Below, piece by piece: positions 26,902 to 33,538 of a DNA stretch of 33,538 nt; the first letter of the stretch is position 1, and each line of letters begins with the position of its first letter. The stretch covers positions 1 to 33,538 of the forward strand of contig DATLVK010000102.1 of NCBI GenBank assembly GCA_035577605.1, in the 5' to 3' direction. This DNA comes from Buchnera sp. (in: enterobacteria). Lineage in GTDB: Bacteria > Pseudomonadota > Gammaproteobacteria > Enterobacterales > Enterobacteriaceae. The notes under the pieces are model-generated. The model was not told the origin of the DNA, made no database searches, and worked only from the letters and a program-made list of their open reading frames with translations. Made by a program: the position numbers and the translations under genes.

Positions 26902-27448
26902 TGATTTAATAAATAATTCTTATATTTTAGCTAAAAAATCTCATGAATCAATAAATCAAAAAAGAAAATATACCGGAGAAGATTATATTGTTCATCCTAA
27001 AAATGTAGCATATTTAGTGGAATTATTTGGCGGAACTGAAGAAATGATAGCTGCTTCTTTTTTACATGATACATTAGAAGATGTATTCAAAGATAATGAT
27101 AAAGAATTTAAAAAAGAAATTGTATCATTAGGAGGAGATAGTCTTTTAAATTTAGTTATAGAGCTTACAGATAAATCTTCATTAAAATATGGCAATAGAG
27201 AAATAAGGAAAAAAATAGATAGAGATCGTTATATACATGCTTCTAATGAAGCAAAACTAATAAAAATAGCAGATTTAATAGATAATTCTTTAACTATATG
27301 TAAATATGATATTAATTTTTCTAAAATTTATATTAAAGAAAAAAGAATGCTATTAGAGATATTAAACAATAATTACACAAATAAAATATATAAATTAGCG
27401 AATGATATATTAATAAAAAATGAAAATAAATTAATGGAAATAAAATAA
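26894..27448 (+). CDS. HD-domain small alarmone hydrolase (Mesh1/SpoT-HD-like)
   Basis: H...Q.RK..G..YIVHP..VA, LHDTLED, V.ELTD and K.AD.IDN motifs; no synthetase domain. Confidence 0.85.
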   Translation: MINDLINNSYILAKKSHESINQKRKYTGEDYIVHPKNVAYLVELFGGTEEMIAASFLHDTLEDVFKDNDKEFKKEIVSLGGDSLLNLVIELTDKSSLKYGNREIRKKIDRDRYIHASNEAKLIKIADLIDNSLTICKYDINFSKIYIKEKRMLLEILNNNYTNKIYKLANDILIKNENKLMEIK

Positions 27449-27612
27449 TGATAATTACACAAAAACAATTATTAATTTTGTACAGTATTTCTCAATGGTT
27501 TATTAAATTTGAATTTAATGGTTTTTTTCCTCCTTATTCTAGGGAAACTATCGTTGATATTTTAAATGAAATAATTAACCAACAATCTAATAATCCAATG
27601 GAGATAAAATAA
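27448..27612 (+). CDS. 54-aa hypothetical protein
   Basis: MIITQKQLLILY...NPMEIK, TAATG coupling at both ends. Confidence 0.6.
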   Translation: MIITQKQLLILYSISQWFIKFEFNGFFPPYSRETIVDILNEIINQQSNNPMEIK

Positions 27613-27824
27613 TGACCAATTGGATATCAGTAAAAGATAAGCTACCAGGAAATAACAGATATGTTATAACTGTATGTGGTAATGATATTTATAGGTGTGG
27701 ATGGTTTAATGTAAAATTAAATGCTTGGTTTACTTTCCCCGAAGGAAGTGATTCAACCGATTACGTACCTATAGATGTTGAATATTGGATGGAAATTCCT
27801 AAACATCCTGAAAAAGATTATTGA
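27612..27824 (+). CDS. DUF551 family protein
   Basis: WISVKDKLP...V.YWM.IP..P. Confidence 0.85.
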   Translation: MTNWISVKDKLPGNNRYVITVCGNDIYRCGWFNVKLNAWFTFPEGSDSTDYVPIDVEYWMEIPKHPEKDY

Positions 27825-27827
27825 TTA

Positions 27828-28289
27828 TCATTTTTTAGAAAAAATATCAGATAAATTATCTTTATCTGATTGTCCAAAATAAAATCTATATATTTGTCTA
27901 ATATCCCATACCAAAAATACTAACATTACTACCAATACTTGTTTAACAGTTGTATCTTTTATATACTCAATAAATAATATATCAACAAATATTGCACACA
28001 TAGCCATAAAAGCCATTATAGGCCTTACAAGGCGATATAACCCAATCTCCCTAGAACCATACTCCCTTGCATTTTTAACGTCGTTAAAGTCTTTATCTAA
28101 AGCCACAAGCTTATCTATTATTGTAGGATCATCTTTTATCTTATTAATCAAGTCATCCTGACTTTTCATATCAACCCCCAAAGTAGAAGATATTAAAGAT
28201 TCAACAGCATAAGAAGCCGGTCCACCAAGAGCCAATCCTAGATTAGGAGCAAATTTAGAAATCAATGAAATAATTATATTAGGAAACAT
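27828..28289 (-). CDS. Holin-like membrane protein
   Basis: APNLG.ALGGP N-terminus, D..NAR, RP.MA, C-terminal TM helices, FYFG; adjacent to lysozyme. Confidence 0.65.
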   Translation of the reverse strand: MFPNIIISLISKFAPNLGLALGGPASYAVESLISSTLGVDMKSQDDLINKIKDDPTIIDKLVALDKDFNDVKNAREYGSREIGLYRLVRPIMAFMAMCAIFVDILFIEYIKDTTVKQVLVVMLVFLVWDIRQIYRFYFGQSDKDNLSDIFSKK

Positions 28290-28300
28290 TATTAAATTCT

Positions 28301-28786
28301 CTAATTAAAAGATGTTGTATTATTATATTTTAAATTATCATTTACATATTTACCAGTAATCATCATTTTTATTAATATATCTGCCCTATTTGGAACTTGA
28401 TTATACCAATTACTATTTTTCATTTCTTCTGCGCATTTCTCATAATCTTTTTTTTCTAAATATTTTAGCATTTTTTTAAATTCTAAAAGTCCAGAAATTC
28501 CAATATTATAAGCTATGTCAATTAATATATTTTGTCTAATTCCATCTAATTTATCAAAAAAATCAATAAGAGTTGATAAATTTAAATATAAATTATCCAA
28601 TAATATTATTAACCAAGATTCAGCAACAGATTTAGGAATTTCGCAATCATCTAAATTAAATCCATATCCAATTGTCAATTTTCCTTTAGAACATTTATAT
28701 AATCTACTTTCAAAACCTTCATTTTTTTTAACTAATTCAATTAAATTATTTCTATCAGTTGTATGTTGAAAATATAAAGTATTCAA
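28301..28786 (-). CDS. Endolysin, phage lysozyme (GH24)
   Basis: EG....LYKC..G.LTIGYGFNL, AYNIG, WYNQVPNRA; TTG start with GGAG SD. Confidence 0.9.
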   Translation of the reverse strand: MNTLYFQHTTDRNNLIELVKKNEGFESRLYKCSKGKLTIGYGFNLDDCEIPKSVAESWLIILLDNLYLNLSTLIDFFDKLDGIRQNILIDIAYNIGISGLLEFKKMLKYLEKKDYEKCAEEMKNSNWYNQVPNRADILIKMMITGKYVNDNLKYNNTTSFN

Positions 28787-28955
28787 TTAACTATCTCCAA
28801 ATGATATTAAATAATATTATTATAAATTAAATATAATTTTTACGCTAATAAAATAATTAAATTAGAAAATATATTTATTATACATTTCAATCTTTATTTT
28901 GAATTAAATATATTTGATAATTTATCAAATCACATTTAATACAATAAAAAACTAA

Positions 28956-29312
28956 TTAGATATTATGCGTACAAGATAAAATACGTCTTTCACTTTGATA
29001 TTGCAAATTATCATTGCATTTAACACATAAATATCCTATAGGAATATTATGATCACAAATAGTAGATGTAGGTTTATAGTTTCTTAATATATTATTATTT
29101 TCACATAATTTACATTCTATATGTTTTTCAATACCATGATCACATTTATTATATTTTTTATTTTTAAATTGTTTGATTTCTTCTTCTAAATTATTTATTT
29201 TTAATTTTAGAGATTCCAATAAAAATAAATCATTAATATATTGCTTCAATATATTACAAATTTCACAATCCAGAATTTTTATATTAATTCCATGTTTGCA
29301 TAATATTTTCAT
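28956..29312 (-). CDS. Cys/His repeat protein
   Basis: Three CxH(G/N)I-x5/6-CxxC repeats plus a short coiled coil. Confidence 0.65.
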   Translation of the reverse strand: MKILCKHGINIKILDCEICNILKQYINDLFLLESLKLKINNLEEEIKQFKNKKYNKCDHGIEKHIECKLCENNNILRNYKPTSTICDHNIPIGYLCVKCNDNLQYQSERRILSCTHNI

Positions 29313-29639
29313 TTAAAAGTCACCTTTTTTAATAATTTCAATTTCAACTGGATATAAAGATTCAACAATTCGTTTCTTAATTTTAAATTCTGAAGTCTCA
29401 AAACCTTTAATATCAATAAAGCGACACATACCATCAGAATAGAAAACCTGATAATCGGTGACATATTTAACACCTCCTGGCAAATGAAAAGGAACTTGTC
29501 TTAAAAAGAAAACAACTTCTCCAGATTTAATTAATAAATTAAGATAATTATAATAATTATATTCAAGAGTACTAGAAAATTTAAGCCCATTGTTATTAAT
29601 GGGCTTAGCTTTAAATTTATGAAATTTTTTTTTAAACAT
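29313..29639 (-). CDS. DUF1064 family PD-(D/E)XK endonuclease
   Basis: KFKAKP...G.KF.S..E, LRQVPF.LPGG.KY..D, DIKG..T..F.IKK. Confidence 0.85.
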   Translation of the reverse strand: MFKKKFHKFKAKPINNNGLKFSSTLEYNYYNYLNLLIKSGEVVFFLRQVPFHLPGGVKYVTDYQVFYSDGMCRFIDIKGFETSEFKIKKRIVESLYPVEIEIIKKGDF

Positions 29640-30214
29640 TAAACTACCTCAATATTTAATGAATCTATTAAATCTTGTTTATTGTATTTAGATAATTCAA
29701 TTAAAAATTCCAAATTAGAACAATTAGGATGGAATTTTTTAGTAGAATTTTTTACCTTAGTAAATATTGATCCAATTTTCATCCAAGATAAATCAGGATA
29801 TATTTCTTTAAGTTTTTTGCAAACAATCGCTCCTTCATTAATTATTCTGTTTATAGACTCATAAGAATTTTTTTTCTTATTTTCAGTAGGTACCCATGGA
29901 ATAAAAGAAGAAGGCTTATAAGACAAACATAAATTTTTAAATTCTGCAATATTAGGAGCCCAAGAAAATTTAGAACTACATTCACTAATTGCTCTATTTA
30001 TATCATTATCAGATATATCTTTAAGCTCACTTTCCCATATTATTGATATCCTTTTAAGTTCTTCAGAATTAGATGCCTTTTCATTAGATTTATTACTAAA
30101 TAGGCCCCGTAAGCGGACCAATATCTTCAATGCTCTTGAGTCCGAGTAGATTGAGCATTTCTCCGAGGTCATCAAAATGCTCTTGTTTTCCATTATTTCC
30201 ATTATATTTTCCAT
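29639..30214 (-). CDS. Putative helicase loader (lambda P-like)
   Basis: Follows the initiator; W...L......I..AI..C.....WAPNIAEF..LC motif; AAGGAG SD. Confidence 0.6.
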   Translation of the reverse strand: MENIMEIMENKSILMTSEKCSIYSDSRALKILVRLRGLFSNKSNEKASNSEELKRISIIWESELKDISDNDINRAISECSSKFSWAPNIAEFKNLCLSYKPSSFIPWVPTENKKKNSYESINRIINEGAIVCKKLKEIYPDLSWMKIGSIFTKVKNSTKKFHPNCSNLEFLIELSKYNKQDLIDSLNIEVV

Positions 30215-31019
30215 TTCCATTCTCCTTAGTTAATTTTATTGGGAATAACCCCTTCCATCCGTTAATAATACTATTGTTTATTATTTGATCTATATCTTGC
30301 CCCTCGTCTTTGTATTTTTTTAAAAGATTAATTGCTTTATTCTGAGCTAATTCAGTCATAGGAGATTTTACTGATTTTCTATGATGTAAAAATTCTTTCC
30401 AAGTTTCTTTTTTAATCCAATCAGGTAAATCAATATTTTTTGAAATAAACAAATCGCGTTCTTTGCGATAAGTTTTTCTTTTTTCTTTGCTTATACATGT
30501 TTCTTTGCTTATATATGTTGCTTTAGGAGATTTTTTATGTGAAATTTCTTTATTATAATCATTATCTTGAGATGTGCTTGAGCATAAAATTACCGGAACA
30601 TCTGTTCCTATATCTTGATATAATATAGGAACATATGTTCCTATATCTTGAGAATTATGGGAACGATTGTTCCTATAATTTTTTCCAGAAATAGAGGAAC
30701 AAATAGGTCTATTTATTTTTCTTGATTGATGATAATTGATTAAAAAATCAGCAGGATGATATAAATTTTTTCTTTTATCATTTTTTCCATGCATCACCGT
30801 TATTAATTTAATATTGATCAAATTAGTTAAATTTTTTCTAAGTCCTCTAGGGGTTAAATTAAGCTCTTTAGCGAGCTCTTCTTGAGATATCCATGCATAA
30901 GCATTGCTACCTACTCTAAAAGCTAAAGTAAATAATACAGCACGGTCAGAAAGGGTTAATTTTTTATAGGAAGATGAATTGTCACGTAAATACAAAGCAA
31001 TGTCTAAAGAGATGCTCAT
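30096..31019 (-). CDS. Replication initiator (lambda O-like, N-terminal wHTH)
   Basis: SQEELAKELNLT.R HTH, internal iterons, LPDWI....W.EF..HR...K.P and SI.NGWKGLF C-domain; start re-called to MSISL. Confidence 0.85.
   Translation of the reverse strand: MSISLDIALYLRDNSSSYKKLTLSDRAVLFTLAFRVGSNAYAWISQEELAKELNLTPRGLRKNLTNLINIKLITVMHGKNDKRKNLYHPADFLINYHQSRKINRPICSSISGKNYRNNRSHNSQDIGTYVPILYQDIGTDVPVILCSSTSQDNDYNKEISHKKSPKATYISKETCISKEKRKTYRKERDLFISKNIDLPDWIKKETWKEFLHHRKSVKSPMTELAQNKAINLLKKYKDEGQDIDQIINNSIINGWKGLFPIKLTKENGNGKYNGNNGKQEHFDDLGEMLNLLGLKSIEDIGPLTGPI
30595..30709. promoter_or_regulatory. Replication origin iterons inside the initiator gene
   Basis: GGAACA-N2-TGTTCC-type palindromes at 30595, 30628, 30660 and a degenerate one at 30696. 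Confidence 0.75.
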
Positions 31020-31094
31020 ATTAATGTCCTTATGTAAGGGTAATAGCCCTAAATAATACAACTATTTATTAAAAATTTCTTTTAATAATGATAA

Positions 31095-31140
31095 ATTATA
31101 TATATTTCATCTTGAAATATCTATATAAAATTGATAAAAT
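31095..31140. promoter_or_regulatory. Divergent promoters with a perfect 19-bp operator
   Basis: ATATTTCA-TCT-TGAAATAT at 31102-31120; + TTGAAA-17-TAAAAT (31112-31140); - TAGATA-17-TATAAT (31123-31095). Confidence 0.7.
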
Positions 31141-31171
31141 AATTAATTAATCAATCAATCTAGGAGTTAAT

Positions 31172-31432
31172 ATGCAATTAGATTTAACTATGATCAAAAA
31201 TGAAACTTTGCTTAATTTTGGAAAATCTTTAATAAAAATAAAATCTAAATTTGAAGATATGCTAAATATTGCATTGGATTCAGCTACAAAAGAAATAAAT
31301 TCAGATAAAAGAAAAGAAGTTGAAATAGTTTTAAATGATATGTTAAATGATGAAATGAGTAAATATAATTTACAATTCATTAGTTGTATGAATAAATGCA
31401 CAAATTTAATAGAAAGCAGTTTGAATTGTTAA
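31172..31432 (+). CDS. Hypothetical protein
   Basis: 86 aa, AGGAG SD. Confidence 0.7.
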   Translation: MQLDLTMIKNETLLNFGKSLIKIKSKFEDMLNIALDSATKEINSDKRKEVEIVLNDMLNDEMSKYNLQFISCMNKCTNLIESSLNC

Positions 31433-31480
31433 TTTTTTAATATACAATTGTTAATTAAATTTTATTAAAAGGAGTTTTTA

Positions 31481-31723
31481 ATGTCTATAAAAGAATTTCA
31501 GATAAATTTTACAGGTCAATTAGTTAATCCAAGGATAGGTCATTTATTAACAGATGATACTTTATCTACAGTAACTACCGCGGGATACTTAAATCCTTAT
31601 ATTAAAAGTCAAGGATTTAGTGTTCTTCCTACTGATTTTATATTTGTTGCGGCTTCTGATGGTATGCAAATATATAAACCAGTTTTTAGCGGAGAAGAAG
31701 TAACATTGACTGTATTGCCATAA
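31481..31723 (+). CDS. Small protein resembling phage virion/decoration proteins
   Basis: TDDTLSTVTTAGYLN...DFIFV.ASDG, AAGGAG SD. Confidence 0.55.
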   Translation: MSIKEFQINFTGQLVNPRIGHLLTDDTLSTVTTAGYLNPYIKSQGFSVLPTDFIFVAASDGMQIYKPVFSGEEVTLTVLP

Positions 31724-31750
31724 ATTGTTAATATATAAATTTAGTGTTAT

Positions 31751-31830
31751 GCCTATATATTCCTCGTTATATTATAGGTATTTTTTTAGCGTTGCCTTCT
31801 TCGTCTTACGGCGTATGGCAACGTTTTTTT
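31751..31830 (+). terminator. Tandem hairpins / intrinsic terminators
   Basis: GCCTATA...TATAGGT + T-run; CGTTGCC (31790)...GGCAACG (31823) + T-run; between convergent genes. Confidence 0.6.
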
Positions 31831-32042
31831 TATTCTAATGGCATAAGATATTCTAATTTTATTTCTATATTTTTTAATTTTGCTAATCTAATAATATTGT
31901 AACAAACCTTTAAAGAAGGTTTTCTTTTTCCTGTTTCATAATTAGATAAAGTACATTGTTTAATAAATAATAAATCAGATAATTCTTTTTGATTAAAACC
32001 AAGTTTTTTCCTTAATTTCTTCAATCTTTCTGATGATAACAT
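31830..32042 (-). CDS. XRE-family HTH regulator (Cro/CI-like, no protease domain)
   Basis: RLKKLRKKLGFNQKELS..L.I....LSNYETGKRKPS; start tentatively re-called to MLSS. Confidence 0.9.
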   Translation of the reverse strand: MLSSERLKKLRKKLGFNQKELSDLLFIKQCTLSNYETGKRKPSLKVCYNIIRLAKLKNIEIKLEYLMPLE

Positions 32043-32128
32043 ATTAGTATACTCTATATTTATGGCTATTTGAATATAATACAATAAATTAATAAAATAA
32101 AATAGTTTAAATAATATAAAAATATTAG

Positions 32129-32157
32129 TTGATATTATTATTTCAATAAGCCATAAT
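32129..32157 (+). promoter_or_regulatory. Promoter of the early/recombination operon
   Basis: TTGATA-17bp-CATAAT, containing TTATTTCA-ATA-AGCCATAA. Confidence 0.6.
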
Positions 32158-32182
32158 TATTTTGTAAATAAGGAGATTAGAA

Positions 32183-32368
32183 ATGAATGACTGGACAACT
32201 AGAAGTATTGTATCTAATGTTTTTAGAGTTATTGGATTTGAAAATATAGCAAAACATATAGATAATGATATTGATGATATAAATATTTATATAAATTATA
32301 TTAATCATATAAAAAAAACAAATAAAATTAGCAAAGATTTAAAGGAATTTATAAACTATTTTTTATAA
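32183..32368 (+). CDS. Hypothetical protein
   Basis: 61 aa, AAGGAG SD. Confidence 0.7.
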   Translation: MNDWTTRSIVSNVFRVIGFENIAKHIDNDIDDINIYINYINHIKKTNKISKDLKEFINYFL

Positions 32369-32377
32369 GGAGCAATT

Positions 32378-32755
32378 ATGATATCAATTAAACAAAATGA
32401 AATAAGATGCTATATATATGATTTAGTATCAAATGATAAAGTATGTTATGCGCATCTTAATGAAGAAGAAAAATCAATATTAACAGGTTTAATAATAAAA
32501 AATTCAAAACCTAATTTTGCTCATGAATTCGTCACTGAATCTGATAAAGGAGATCAACTTCCATATTTATTAGCAAATTATCTTATTAGCAAGGGATTTG
32601 GAATTGAATATAATAATGAAAAGGCAAATAATTTAATAGAATATATGTCTCAAATAGCCACAAAGCATGCTGAAATAACTATTGATGATATGTTAAATGA
32701 TGTAAAAGAACAGTTTGAATTTGATAAAAAATTTTATAAGGATGATAGCCAATGA
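32378..32755 (+). CDS. Hypothetical protein
   Basis: 125 aa, AAGGAG SD, ATGA overlap with the ATPase. Confidence 0.75.
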   Translation: MISIKQNEIRCYIYDLVSNDKVCYAHLNEEEKSILTGLIIKNSKPNFAHEFVTESDKGDQLPYLLANYLISKGFGIEYNNEKANNLIEYMSQIATKHAEITIDDMLNDVKEQFEFDKKFYKDDSQ

Positions 32756-33423
32756 GCAATACTATACTTGTTATAGGAGAATCAGGAAGTGGAAAAAGCT
32801 CTTCAATAAAAAATCTTCCTTCACATGAAACATGCATAATAAATGTTCTTGATAAACCTTTACCTTTCAAAGGATTTAAAAATAATTATATAAGAATTCA
32901 ATCTGATGAAAGAAAAATAAATTATTTAGCTACTGATGATACATTAAAGATAAGATCGTCAATAAAAAAAATAAATGATGAGCGACCAGAAATAAAAAAT
33001 ATAATTATAGATGATTTTCAATATATAATGGCAAATCAATTCATGAGAAAAGCTTTAGAAAAAGGATATGATAAATTCACAGAAATAGGTCAAAATGCAT
33101 GGAATATAATTAAAGATTTAACATCATGCAGAGACGATCTTAAATGTTATGTTTTATCTCATTCTGACTCTGATAGTTATGGAAAAGTAAAATGCAAAAC
33201 AATAGGAAAAATGTTAGATGACAAAATATGCCTAGAAGGAATGTTCACTATAGTTTTTCATGCAATAACTAATGATAATAAATATAAATTTTTAACTCAA
33301 AATGATGGTATTCATTTAGCTAAATCACCGCTCGGAATGTTCAATGAAAAATATATAGATAATGATTTGAATGAAATAAATAAAAAAATAGATGAATATT
33401 TTAATGAAGATATTATTAAATAG
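32752..33423 (+). CDS. AAA_24 family ATPase (Sak4-like recombination protein)
   Basis: Walker A GESGSGKS, IIIDDFQY, KTIGKMLD, AKSP.GMF. Confidence 0.85.
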   Translation: MSNTILVIGESGSGKSSSIKNLPSHETCIINVLDKPLPFKGFKNNYIRIQSDERKINYLATDDTLKIRSSIKKINDERPEIKNIIIDDFQYIMANQFMRKALEKGYDKFTEIGQNAWNIIKDLTSCRDDLKCYVLSHSDSDSYGKVKCKTIGKMLDDKICLEGMFTIVFHAITNDNKYKFLTQNDGIHLAKSPLGMFNEKYIDNDLNEINKKIDEYFNEDIIK

Positions 33424-33538
33424 GAAAAAATATGAATAAAGAAATAGAAGAAGCATCATTAGTTTTTATAAAAAAATTTTATAAAAATATGGAAAATTTT
33501 GTAATAGATTTAGATAAACTATTTAAAGAAAAAAAAAT
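33398..33538 (+). repeat. 141-bp terminal direct repeat, right copy
   Basis: Identical to 1-141. Confidence 0.97.

Larger units (their letters stand above)
1..33397. mobile_element. Complete circularly assembled P22-like tailed phage genome
   Basis: Terminal overlap plus a full set of terminase, portal, scaffold, coat, tail, ejection, replication and lysis genes; no host housekeeping genes. Confidence 0.93.

Noticed and set aside
30595-30709. CRISPR-like palindromic repeats
   Set aside because: Spacers are too short (period 32-36 bp) and the repeats lie inside the initiator ORF; iterons fit better
31751-31830. tRNA or small RNA gene
   Set aside because: No cloverleaf or T-loop consensus; hairpins with T-runs between convergent genes fit terminators
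21806-32870. Track ORFs 21806, 23093, 26262, 26992, 28515, 29682, 31147 and 32679
   Set aside because: They overlap better-supported genes on the other strand or frame
33398-33538. Terminal repeat as a physical virion DTR or att site
   Set aside because: It is exactly 141 bp (a common maximum assembler k-mer), cuts through ORFs and has no special structure; best explained as circular overlap

Overview
The window is a complete, circularly assembled ~33.4 kb AT-rich tailed phage genome with P22-like (podovirus) architecture. Bases 1-141 are repeated exactly at 33398-33538, giving a unit length of 33,397 bp. The minus strand carries the morphogenesis block: TerS, TerL, P22-like portal, scaffold, P22 gp5-like coat, gp4- and gp10-like tail proteins, three ejection/pilot proteins and several tail fibre proteins. 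It also carries a lambdoid-type replication module (HTH initiator with internal iterons, P-like loader, DUF1064 nuclease) and a lysozyme plus holin-like pair. The plus strand carries an AAA_24/Sak4-like ATPase with a DUF669 SSB-like gene and a block of small accessory genes (YopX, DUF551, an HD alarmone hydrolase). I recognise no integrase, DNA polymerase, RT, CRISPR array or tRNA. The most notable observations are: (i) three orphan antitoxin-like genes (a higher-GC IetA-like ATPase N-terminus fused to a duplicated phage gene end, a Mesh1-like hydrolase, and a stand-alone MbcA/ParS C-terminal domain), two of them bracketed by direct repeats of the upstream gene's 3' end; (ii) a 19-bp palindromic operator at several dispersed promoters; (iii) a structured leader and repeat cluster upstream of the scaffold gene. 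All family calls come from motif recognition by eye, not database searches.
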